The notes beneath the pieces are model-generated. The model did no database searches. It was not told where the DNA came from and worked only from the letters and a program-made list of their open reading frames with translations. From assembly GCA_963835575.1 (NCBI GenBank), contig CAWIGG010000002.1:1888001-1952000 (forward strand): a stretch of DNA of 64,000 nt, in the 5' to 3' direction. This document shows, in pieces, positions 9,819 to 18,590 of this stretch. Position numbers and translations under genes: made by a program. The first letter of the stretch is position 1. Every line of letters begins with the position of its first letter. Origin of the DNA: an uncultured Spirochaetota bacterium. Lineage in GTDB: Bacteria > Spirochaetota > Brevinematia > Brevinematales > JAOACQ01.

Positions 9819-10184
9819 ATGCTGGAACATTTGACAGATGAAAGCTTTAAAAAAAAGGTGTTCGATTATGAAAGCTGTAAAGAATGGAAATTCAACGGGG
9901 ACCTTCCCTGCCTTGTCGATTTTTATACGGACTGGTGCGGACCCTGTAAAATGGTCGCGCCTACGCTGGAAAGCCTGGCAGAGGAATTCAATGGAAAGGT
10001 CAATATATATAAAGTCAATACCGACCAGGAAGCCCGGCTCGCGGGCGCATTCGGTATAAACACGATCCCTTCCCTTCTTTTTATTCCGAAGGAAGGACAG
10101 CCGCAGATGGCAGTCGGGGCTATGAGCCGTAAAAATTTTGAAGAAGCCTTTGAAGAGATTTTAAAAGTAAAAAAAGAGGTTTAA
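9819..10184 (+). CDS. trxA: Thioredoxin
   Basis: DFYTDWCGPCK active site. Confidence 0.93.
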   Translation: MLEHLTDESFKKKVFDYESCKEWKFNGDLPCLVDFYTDWCGPCKMVAPTLESLAEEFNGKVNIYKVNTDQEARLAGAFGINTIPSLLFIPKEGQPQMAVGAMSRKNFEEAFEEILKVKKEV

Positions 10185-10185
10185 T

Positions 10186-10407
10186 ATGGCCCAGATCGCT
10201 TTTGTCAATCCCGGGCTTTGCGATAAAAGGCCGGCATGCCCTTCCAGATACTTTTGTCCGCAGAAAGCAATTTACCAGAAAAATAATAAAGGCTCAATCA
10301 ATCCGTTCCTGGGCGGCTTATCTATAGTCGATCCGGCTAAATGCACCGGATGCGGCATCTGCGTGCGTTACTGCCCGCATAAAGCAATCAGTATAATAAA
10401 TGCATAG
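10186..10407 (+). CDS. 4Fe-4S binding ferredoxin-like protein
   Basis: CTGCGICVRYCP plus a second Cys cluster. Confidence 0.85.
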   Translation: MAQIAFVNPGLCDKRPACPSRYFCPQKAIYQKNNKGSINPFLGGLSIVDPAKCTGCGICVRYCPHKAISIINA

Positions 10408-10437
10408 TAGAGACGTACGGCCGTACGTCTCTACTAT
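10404..10437. repeat. Perfect 34-bp palindrome, GTAG-type REP-like element or bidirectional terminator
   Basis: ATAGTAGAGACGTACGG|CCGTACGTCTCTACTAT between convergent genes. Confidence 0.8.
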
Positions 10438-10447
10438 ATGGAATAAA

Positions 10448-10654
10448 TTATGCCTTCTTCTTTTTTGTCGAAATTCCGAAAGGAAAATAGAGAGGGCAAA
10501 AACCGATCAGGCTTGTCACTACAAAAATGACAGCAATTACCCCCAGGATAATCGCCGCCAGTCCGCTGATCTGATGCATGAGATAAAGGACAAGAACAAT
10601 AACAGCAAGAACAACCCGGATAATTCTGTCAATAACACCCATATTCTTAGGCAT
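10448..10654 (-). CDS. DUF2892 (YgaP-like) small membrane protein
   Basis: MPKNMGVIDRIIR...GFCPLY..FGIST; GGAGG RBS upstream of the ATG at 10654. Confidence 0.88.
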   Translation of the reverse strand: MPKNMGVIDRIIRVVLAVIVLVLYLMHQISGLAAIILGVIAVIFVVTSLIGFCPLYFPFGISTKKKKA

Positions 10655-10894
10655 AAGAAACCTCCATATATATTGTATTATCACAATATATTAATATAAT
10701 AAAAGTAATCAAAATATAAAAATTAGTCAAGCTCTGTTCATTTTATTTTATTAAATGGCGGAAAATAAATGCCATGAATAAAGAGCGGTCTTAAGGACCT
10801 GTGGTTTTTGGGTAAGCCCATGATTACAATACGCCCTTAAAGTTTAATTATTTTTGTTTTTAAATTACAATATATATGATTCAAGGAGGCTGTA

Positions 10895-11401
10895 ATGCGT
10901 TTTTTATTAATCGGTATCATATTATCAGCGGCAGTTTCGGCCCAGGCCCTTGACATTAACGGCAAGCTGCCGGACGTCAACTCGAAAAAGCTTTCGGGAG
11001 CCGATGTTTCCGACTCGGCCATGCAGGAACTGTCTAAAGAGCTCAAGAATGTTCAGAATGATAAGGGACCCATTGTCTTTAAAACGGGAAGCGCCGTACT
11101 GGAAGCGTCAAAATGTGAAATAACCCTCAAAGCGATACATGAAATTATTTTAAGGTTCCCCGGGTTTCTTGTTCAGATCGAAGGGCATACCGATAATGCC
11201 GGAAAATCAAAGTTTAACATGACCCTTTCCAGGAAACGCGCAGAAGCGGTGAGGGCTTATCTGATAAAAAAATACAGAACGCCGGCAAAAAGAATGACGG
11301 CAAAGGGTTTCGGGGATACCAGGCCGATCGCCGACAATAAAGCGGAAGAAGGCAGGTCAAAAAACCGCCGTGTCGATTTCTCGGTCTTCAGGATGAAATA
11401 A
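10895..11401 (+). CDS. OmpA-family protein
   Basis: Signal peptide; IEGHTDN, LSRKRAEAV, GFGDTRP and NRRVDF motifs. Confidence 0.9.
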   Translation: MRFLLIGIILSAAVSAQALDINGKLPDVNSKKLSGADVSDSAMQELSKELKNVQNDKGPIVFKTGSAVLEASKCEITLKAIHEIILRFPGFLVQIEGHTDNAGKSKFNMTLSRKRAEAVRAYLIKKYRTPAKRMTAKGFGDTRPIADNKAEEGRSKNRRVDFSVFRMK

Positions 11402-11446
11402 ATTCCCGATTTTAAAAAATAATAGCGAAAGAAACAACGGAACGTG

Positions 11447-11529
11447 ACCACAGATTACACTGATTTCACAGACTCGCAGTGCGTCTGTCGAATCTAAACT
11501 TCCAAAAATTAATCTGTGTCATCTGTGGT
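11447..11529. repeat. Intergenic inverted repeat (CCACAGAT-type)
   Basis: ACCACAGATTACACTGATT ... AATCTGTGTCATCTGTGGT imperfect arms. Confidence 0.7.
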
Positions 11530-11582
11530 TCCAACTTGTAAGATTTAAATTCTAAGACAAAGACAGATATATCGAGGCGCCT

Positions 11583-12449
11583 ATGACTATCAGGAAAATC
11601 AGCGTTTCCCGCTCTTACAGCGGCGGCGGTCAGTTCCTTCATTTAACAGAAGATCTCTCTGATGATAAAAAAGAAAAGAAATTGACTAAATACGATCCCC
11701 TGGGGAATTTAATTCATTTACAGCGGATCAATTTCGATGATAAAGGACGCGTTTTGAGCCAGGAAGATTCCTTTCCAGCCGACAATATGTCCACAAAATT
11801 AAAAACGGAATACATGGATGACAGCCGGAAAAAAATCGACCGCGAGTTTTATCAGGACGGATCCAACAGCAAAATCATTTCATATTATAACGCTCAAAAC
11901 AAATTCCTTTCCATCGAAAAATTTGAGGACGAGACATCAGAAGTTCCCTTTGAAACCACTTATTTCGATTATAACGGTTCGGGGCATCTTCTGGAAGTCA
12001 GGATTGAGGATCAAGAAAAAAATATTCTTGAAAAAACACTCATGATATACGATAAGAAATCCCGTCCGGCAAAAATTGAAATCATAAAGGAAGAAACGCA
12101 TCAGGAAAGGACACAGGAATACGACGGCAAAGGCCGCGTTGTAAAAAGCGCGACATATCAAAACGGGAATTTGACCGAGGAAATTGAATCCGCGTATAAC
12201 GACGAAAATTGCACCCGGGAGGATAACATCCGGGCTGAAGGCCATGAAATCAAGATAAAATATGACAAAAACGGGCGCATGATTTATCAGGAAAGGATCA
12301 TTCCGCACGGAAATCATCAGAAGGAAATAATCAAAATAAGCATGGAATACGATGAGAAAGGATTTCTTCTTTCCGAATCGCATCTGGACAGCGTCAATCC
12401 TCAGGGCTGCTTTACAGACCGTTATGAATATGAGTTTTTTCCTGAATAA
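11583..12449 (+). CDS. Hypothetical protein with YD/RHS-like beta-hairpin repeats
   Basis: Repeated Y(D/N)xxG(R/N) units: YDPLGN, FDDKGR, YDGKGR, YDKNGR, YDEKGF. Confidence 0.7.
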   Translation: MTIRKISVSRSYSGGGQFLHLTEDLSDDKKEKKLTKYDPLGNLIHLQRINFDDKGRVLSQEDSFPADNMSTKLKTEYMDDSRKKIDREFYQDGSNSKIISYYNAQNKFLSIEKFEDETSEVPFETTYFDYNGSGHLLEVRIEDQEKNILEKTLMIYDKKSRPAKIEIIKEETHQERTQEYDGKGRVVKSATYQNGNLTEEIESAYNDENCTREDNIRAEGHEIKIKYDKNGRMIYQERIIPHGNHQKEIIKISMEYDEKGFLLSESHLDSVNPQGCFTDRYEYEFFPE

Positions 12450-12458
12450 GGAAACTGT

Positions 12459-13409
12459 ATGAACCGAATTGACCGGCTTTCGGCAATCCTCATCATCCTG
12501 CAGTCAAAAAGAATAGTCAAAGCTCAGGAAATCGCGGAAAAGTTTGAAGTCAGCATGCGTACAATCTACCGTGATATGCTGGCTTTAGGCGAGGCCGGCG
12601 TGCCTATCCGGTCGGAAGCCGGCATAGGATATTCACTTATGGAAGGTTATACTCTGCCGCCTGTCATGCTGACAAGGGACGAAGCAGGAGCAATCCTTAC
12701 CGCCGGAAAGGTCTTCGATAAATATGCCGGGAATTATATGAAAACCCAATTCGATTCGGCCCTTGCCAAGATTAAGGCTGTTTTAAAAACTCTCGATAAA
12801 GATTATCTCGAGAACCTGGACGGGAAAATATCTTCCATCAGTTTTGATAAACCGGCCGCCGGCGAAGGCTCCACACTCGCTTTACTCGAAACAGCGCTCG
12901 CCGGAAACAGGGTTGTTTTTATAGAATACTTTTCAAACAGCAGTCATGAAACGACTTCCAGGGAAATTGAACCGATGGGCGTCTTTTTCTACTCCGGCAG
13001 CTGGCATATGATCGCATACTGCAGGCTGAGGAAAGGATTCCGCCAGTTCAGGCTGGACCGGATTAAATCGGTTCATCTCAGGGATGAAACTTTCAACCCG
13101 GACAAATTTAAGTCAATCGATAAAATATTACAGGATTCTTTTGAAGGCATTGCGCTTCACAAAGTCATCATCCGTTTTAAAAAAAACAGCCGTTATTCCG
13201 AGTTCAAAAACCGCATTATTTTCGGTTTTCAGCAGGAAAAAGAATTGGACGGTAAAGTTGAACTGACCTTCCTTGTCGATTCCCTTCCATTTATCTGCCG
13301 CTGGCTGATCAATTTTGGAAACGAAGCCGAAATCATTTCCCCTCAGGAGCTGAAGGATTTAATGAAAAAGCTCTTATCCGAATTATCAAGCCATTATCTG
13401 AAAGAATAA
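12459..13409 (+). CDS. YafY-family HTH-WYL transcriptional regulator
   Basis: MNRIDRL..I; HTH_11 EVSMRTIYRD; WHMIAYCRLRKGFRQFRLDRI WYL domain. Confidence 0.93.
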   Translation: MNRIDRLSAILIILQSKRIVKAQEIAEKFEVSMRTIYRDMLALGEAGVPIRSEAGIGYSLMEGYTLPPVMLTRDEAGAILTAGKVFDKYAGNYMKTQFDSALAKIKAVLKTLDKDYLENLDGKISSISFDKPAAGEGSTLALLETALAGNRVVFIEYFSNSSHETTSREIEPMGVFFYSGSWHMIAYCRLRKGFRQFRLDRIKSVHLRDETFNPDKFKSIDKILQDSFEGIALHKVIIRFKKNSRYSEFKNRIIFGFQQEKELDGKVELTFLVDSLPFICRWLINFGNEAEIISPQELKDLMKKLLSELSSHYLKE

Positions 13410-13515
13410 AATATTTCATTGTACTGAGTTTAGCAGCCGCCGCATATGCCGTGCAAATTCTCGCGGCCGGGTCATAGTGCGGAATCATGCGGCCGCTGGG
13501 TTCGCTGGTTGGCAA

Positions 13516-13612
13516 GCCCTTCGGCAAGCTCAGGGCAGGCTCTGTCGAACCACGAACTCCACTGCTTGCCCTGAGCACTTCGTTTTACTCAGTGTAAACT
13601 CCGCGAATGGGC
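13516..13612. repeat. REP-like palindromic cluster (CCCTTCG.CAAGCTCAGGG type)
   Basis: GCCCTTCGGCAAGCTCAGGGCAGGC paired with GCTTGCCCTGAGC...GAATGGGC. Confidence 0.65.
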
Positions 13613-13653
13613 AGCAGCGGTATTTGCATCAACAAAACAATTATATCAGCAGC

Positions 13654-13690
13654 GGGCAGTTCCAAAAACCTGAAATTTTTGGAACTGCCC
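13654..13690. mobile_element. Short member of the GGGCAGTTCC MITE family
   Basis: GGGCAGTTCCAAAAA-cctgaaa-TTTTTGGAACTGCCC; no TSD visible. Confidence 0.7.
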
Positions 13691-13751
13691 TTGAAGCATA
13701 TTTTATAGTTCAATACATTATCAAAAACTATTAGTTTTTTATATTGTATTG

Positions 13752-13785
13752 CTGACATAGGGTTGTCACTCCCGCATGTTAAACT
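13752..13785 (+). promoter_or_regulatory. Candidate WYL-regulator operator plus extended -10
   Basis: TGACA-N6-TGTCA (13753-13768) followed by TGTTAAACT (13777-13785). Confidence 0.65.
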
Positions 13786-13809
13786 CATGCGTAATAAAGG
13801 AGGAACCTT

Positions 13810-14298
13810 ATGGAATTGAATTATCAGGTCCTGGAAAACGAGATTATAGAACTGCTTTCGAAGAAAAAGACAATGGTTTTTGCGACATCAGACGGGAACC
13901 ATGTCACTGCCCGTTCCATGTCGGTCATAACGGACGGATTGAATGTTTATTTTCAGACATCAAGAGATTTCCAGAAATGTTCCCAGATCGCCGGCAACCC
14001 GAGCGCTGCGCTCTGCTCCGATAACATCGCGTATGAGGGGAAAGCGTTTATCACCGGGGGACCGTATGAAATCCATAACACTTTTTTCAGGGAAAATTTC
14101 CCGAAAGCCCATGCCGCTTCGTTTGAAAGTTACAGCCGCCTTCCGGATCAAACAGTCATCATGGTCAAACCGAGCCTGATCACACTCTGGAAATACGGCG
14201 AACCAAACCCCTTCCGCGATTTTCTTGATGTTGAAAACCGGAAAGCATGGAGGATAATTCAGCCTGTTTTCCGCGACGGGGTTTTTTATGACGCCTGA
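13810..14298 (+). CDS. Pyridoxamine 5'-phosphate oxidase-like FMN-binding protein
   Basis: MVFATS.GNHVTARSMS...YFQT...K..QI.GNP; AGGAGG RBS. Confidence 0.8.
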   Translation: MELNYQVLENEIIELLSKKKTMVFATSDGNHVTARSMSVITDGLNVYFQTSRDFQKCSQIAGNPSAALCSDNIAYEGKAFITGGPYEIHNTFFRENFPKAHAASFESYSRLPDQTVIMVKPSLITLWKYGEPNPFRDFLDVENRKAWRIIQPVFRDGVFYDA

Positions 14299-14393
14299 AA
14301 TCCCGATCATGAATGAAATCAGCCTGGACGGCGATTTTCTTGATTTATAATCGCGGGGAAGCTAACAAAGAACCGGCTGATATGTATGGATAA

Positions 14394-15224
14394 TTATTGA
14401 TTCAAGCGGTCAAACCCGGCCATCAGATCGGCCGTTTTGACCATAACCAGTCCGGCGAGATAGGCGGGGAAACTTTCATTCAGCTGAGGGCGCCTTTCCT
14501 GGCAGATGATGGTCAGACCGGAACCTTCATCCATCCAGGGAAGCAGCTTCGCTTCCACCGGAGGCAGTTCGCCGGCCCCGGGCGCCTCTATTGTCACAAG
14601 CTCCGGAACACGCCCCTCTTCCTTTTTCCAGTACAGGTCCAGGGTACCGAAGGAAGCTTTCACGGCGCCCTCCAGATATTGGACCCCTTTTCTCACGGTT
14701 ATATTATTCCACACAATACTCCGGGGTGTTTTCATTTCGGGGGCAGATGGCGGTTTTTTCAATTCCGGCAGAGCGGAAAAAAGGTCCGCTGTCGATACGC
14801 CCGCTACCGCTCGGATCGTATACGGCTTTTTAGAATGAAGGAGGGGAGGCCATTCCAGGAACAAAATCGTGACCCCGCTGTTGACAACCAGCGGTAATAC
14901 CTTCTTTTCTTCCGCCGGCAATTCACCGGCCCCGGGGGCTTCTATTGTGACCAGCCGGATTGTTTTCTTTTCCGGCTCCAGTATCCATTGAAATTCAAAC
15001 CTGCCGAAATCAGCCGCGACGGCGCCGGTTTTTACAATCCTTCCCTTTTCCTCATGAGGCGCCTGCCAGACGATCTTATTCTTTTTTAAATGTCTCAGGT
15101 GTTTTGTAAAGTCCTGGTCCGGGCTGCCCGCCATGGCGGAAAATACCGACGTGATGAAAACCAGTATAAAAATAACCGAAATTCTGGAAAGCCTGCCTGT
15201 ATTATCGGATTTGCTCAACATCAA
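14394..15224 (-). CDS. Hypothetical exported protein with an internal domain duplication
   Basis: Signal peptide; LVTIEAPGAGELP occurs twice about 120 aa apart. Confidence 0.7.
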   Translation of the reverse strand: MMLSKSDNTGRLSRISVIFILVFITSVFSAMAGSPDQDFTKHLRHLKKNKIVWQAPHEEKGRIVKTGAVAADFGRFEFQWILEPEKKTIRLVTIEAPGAGELPAEEKKVLPLVVNSGVTILFLEWPPLLHSKKPYTIRAVAGVSTADLFSALPELKKPPSAPEMKTPRSIVWNNITVRKGVQYLEGAVKASFGTLDLYWKKEEGRVPELVTIEAPGAGELPPVEAKLLPWMDEGSGLTIICQERRPQLNESFPAYLAGLVMVKTADLMAGFDRLNQ

Positions 15225-15380
15225 TTTTGTTCCCCCTATTTATTAATGCCAACGGATAATGCTATTCCCCGCCTCTATCCTGCATTCCGGGACTTTTCCT
15301 GTTCCGCATTTTCTAGAATGAGCGCCTTCCGCCTAAACAAACGGAAAAACCCGTCAGCAATCGCAGGAAAAAGAACCAGG

Positions 15381-16853
15381 TCAAAATCCGAAGGCCGTGC
15401 AAACCCAGTAATCGCCGGAGATGGACATAGACGCGAAAGTACCGTTCCATTGGAAAAATAACAGAGAATAGGGAAACCATCCACTCGATGAATAGGTTGA
15501 AGTACCAGCGGAATATGTCATTAAAGGCAGTAGGCCTTTCCGTCCGAGCGGTTGTAAAGTCTGAAAATTGAGTGTTGTAAAATTATAGCGCGGATCGCTT
15601 GAAACACCTGTCCCCGATAATACCAGGGCCAGAGTGAAGTTATTGAATATGGCATTGAAATCGGCGCCGGTTGCTGATTCCACGGCCGCCACCCCTACTT
15701 TCGAGGTCGAGCACATATTCGATGTTACCGTATCGCCGTACTGTTCGATCAAATAGCGGATAAACAGGGCGCCGTAGCCGTAATTAATAATTGTCCAGTA
15801 GGTCAGAGACAATTGATAATTGTAGCTGGTATCAGATAGAAAACTATTAATCCAATTGGTATGGTTATCGACATAACCGTTATAATACTCCGCCGCCTGG
15901 GAAAGTGCCTCATTCAGCCATGTATATGTGTATGTGACCCCATTGTTGAAATGCTGATCAAAATAGATCATGTGCTGAAATTCGTGCGCCAGCGTAGCTT
16001 TGACAATATTGCCCTGATATGCAGGCGAAGTAGTTATATAAATAATATCCCCGTCGTTCGAATAGGGATTATTGGTAGAATTAGCATATTTGTCGTTCGG
16101 ATAAAAATATCCGAGAAGACCGGCGTTAGTGTTCGGTAATGCCTCTGAAAAAACTATGATCACCTTTCCGTTGCCGTCAACGTCATTCTCGGTGCCGAAT
16201 TTGGCATTATTTGTTGCATGGATCTTATCGAAAGTCGACCCATACGAATTAGCGCTGATATAAGGAGCCATTGATGCCAGATCGCGGTTATCCACATAAA
16301 TGTAAGAATAGGTTGAAATATTGGTGCAGGTGGCGGTTATGGTACTTCCATCAACGGCGATAATGAAAGTCCGGCTGTCTCCAATCGAAACACCGGCCTT
16401 TGCAGACGCGTCCGCGCTTAAGCCGGAAACATTTCCGGAAAACTGTTTTTCGCGGCTTGCCAGCAATCGGTTTTCCTCCGAACGCATCTTTTCATCCCAT
16501 GAAATCTGGCCTTGATGATAAACCAGATTGGCCGGACGGGCGCTATTTGGAAGAAAGCTGATAGACGCCGCCATGGAAGGAGAAACAGACGCGGCTGTTG
16601 TCAGTGTAAAAGGGTATAATGTTAAAGGGGGATAAGTATTACCTTCCGGTTTGGCCGACGGCTGGGCTGAAAGGATCGTATAAATGACTTTACCGTTTAA
16701 ATCGGTTATGCTGTTTGTACCAAAAATAACCAAACTCGCCGGAGTACCTCCGCCTCCCCCGCCCCCACCACCGCCGGGCTGGACGGTACAGCCGGACAAC
16801 ACCATAAACACAAGAATCGGGATAAAAAACATAACTGAAAACTTACGATACAT
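15381..16853 (-). CDS. Lipoprotein zinc metallopeptidase (M30/hyicolysin-like)
   Basis: Lipobox LSGC; poly-Gly linker; DVDGNGKVII, TLAHEFQHMI and WLNEALS motifs. Confidence 0.82.
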   Translation of the reverse strand: MYRKFSVMFFIPILVFMVLSGCTVQPGGGGGGGGGGTPASLVIFGTNSITDLNGKVIYTILSAQPSAKPEGNTYPPLTLYPFTLTTAASVSPSMAASISFLPNSARPANLVYHQGQISWDEKMRSEENRLLASREKQFSGNVSGLSADASAKAGVSIGDSRTFIIAVDGSTITATCTNISTYSYIYVDNRDLASMAPYISANSYGSTFDKIHATNNAKFGTENDVDGNGKVIIVFSEALPNTNAGLLGYFYPNDKYANSTNNPYSNDGDIIYITTSPAYQGNIVKATLAHEFQHMIYFDQHFNNGVTYTYTWLNEALSQAAEYYNGYVDNHTNWINSFLSDTSYNYQLSLTYWTIINYGYGALFIRYLIEQYGDTVTSNMCSTSKVGVAAVESATGADFNAIFNNFTLALVLSGTGVSSDPRYNFTTLNFQTLQPLGRKGLLPLMTYSAGTSTYSSSGWFPYSLLFFQWNGTFASMSISGDYWVCTAFGF

Positions 16854-17201
16854 TTAAACCTCCCTAAAAATACTTTATCTTGTTAACTTTATAATAAAAT
16901 AACATAATTTGCAATAATTTCAATGAATTAAACAGATTTAAAATTTTTAAGAAAAAAACCGGCATTATCTAATATCTATTCAAATGCCGAACAAATATTC
17001 AGTGTTTTTTTTACCGCAACTCCGGTTCTTAATACCGGCAGTATAGTCTGCAGATAAAACGGGATACTCCATCATTTCGAATGGTGAATTTAACTTTATC
17101 AATCATTTATATTTGTAAATTTTCCCACCAGACATTAAAATATTCCTGCTTAATAATTACATTATCTAAACAGCCAAAAATAATTCAGGAGAATACATAT
17201 T

Positions 17202-18254
17202 ATGGAAACAGGATTGATCGGCCTTCCTCTATCGGGGAAAACGACTATTTTTAATACATTGACGGGAAAGAACGCGTCGACTTCCGCTTTTTCCGGCGGG
17301 AAGAAAGAGATGAATATCGCGGAAATCGGCGTGCCGGACGCACGCGTGGACGAGCTTTCAAAGCTTTTCAAGCCGAAAAAGACAATCCATGCCGCGGTGA
17401 CGTTCAAGGACCTGCAGATCGAATTCAACGACCAGGGCGGCATCACTCCCTCTTCCATAGCCGACATCAGGAACCTGACCGCCATAGCCGTCATTATCCG
17501 GGCTTTTGTGAATGAATCCGTTCCCCACCCTTTTGAAAAGATCGACCCGGCTGCGGATTTGAAGAAGACCCTGGATTCCCTCATATACAGCGATTATGAG
17601 ATGATCGAAAAGAGAAAGCAGAGGCTGGACAAGGAAGGAAAAAAGACTACAAGAGAATACACCCTCCTGGACTCTATGAGCGAAAAGCTCCTCTCCGGCT
17701 CGCTTCTCGGGAAGGATTATTTAACGGATGAGGATTTAAAACTCTTCGCCGGATTCAGCTTTATTACAACCAAGCCCATCATAGCAGTCGCCAACCTGGG
17801 TGAAAAAAGCGCCGACATGGCGGGACTTGAGAAAATGATCGCCGAATATCAGATAACGCTCTTCCCGCTCCGCGGCGACCTGGAAATGGAAATATCCCAG
17901 CTGGCCAAAGAGGACCAGAAGGACTTTCTGGCAGACATCGGAATGACCGAACCGGCGATGTACAGATTCCTTCAATACATTTATAAGACATTGAACCTGA
18001 TCTCCTTCCTCACTGTCGGCGAGGACGAAGTGAGGGCATGGAGCATACAGAACGGCTTTAACGCCCAGAAAGCCGCCGGCAGGATCCATACGGACCTTGA
18101 GCGCGGGTTCATCCGGGCGGAAGTGGTGACTTACGGGGACCTCATGCAGGCGGGAAGCCTGGCAGAAGCCAAAAAGACCGGTAAGCTCCGGCTGGAGGGA
18201 AAGGAATACATCGTCAAGGATGGAGATGTGATGAATATCCTTTTCAATGTTTAA
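17202..18254 (+). CDS. ychF: YchF/Obg-like ATPase (divergent)
   Basis: GLPLSGKTT P-loop; VPDARVD; FLTVGEDEVRAW, AAGRIHTDLERGFIRAEV and RLEGKEYIVKDGD C-terminal motifs. Confidence 0.88.
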   Translation: METGLIGLPLSGKTTIFNTLTGKNASTSAFSGGKKEMNIAEIGVPDARVDELSKLFKPKKTIHAAVTFKDLQIEFNDQGGITPSSIADIRNLTAIAVIIRAFVNESVPHPFEKIDPAADLKKTLDSLIYSDYEMIEKRKQRLDKEGKKTTREYTLLDSMSEKLLSGSLLGKDYLTDEDLKLFAGFSFITTKPIIAVANLGEKSADMAGLEKMIAEYQITLFPLRGDLEMEISQLAKEDQKDFLADIGMTEPAMYRFLQYIYKTLNLISFLTVGEDEVRAWSIQNGFNAQKAAGRIHTDLERGFIRAEVVTYGDLMQAGSLAEAKKTGKLRLEGKEYIVKDGDVMNILFNV

Positions 18255-18590
18255 ATGATTTCCTTACGGTATTCAATCCGTTTTTTGAAATTTTTTGAGT
18301 TTTTTATCGAAGCGGCGTAATATATATCTTCCGTTTTTTTTACAATGGGATCTGCATTTTAACGGGCAAATAATCGATCAGCTTCTGAGAAACCGGCACT
18401 GAATGAATTCCCCCGTCACACAGCATTTCAGGCTGCCTGATCCGAAGAATGATTTTTATCCGGCCTTGTTCCATGGCTATTGTCAAAATGCAAAATACAG
18501 TCAAAGCCTTATTGGAAAATTAACCGTCTTAAAATACGGATTTAACATTATGAATCAATAATTTCTGTTTAGAAAATACAAGGGGGTATT

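Noticed and set aside
18200..18590. Integration site at the ychF 3' end
   Set aside because: No duplicated ychF 3' fragment or integrase was found downstream.
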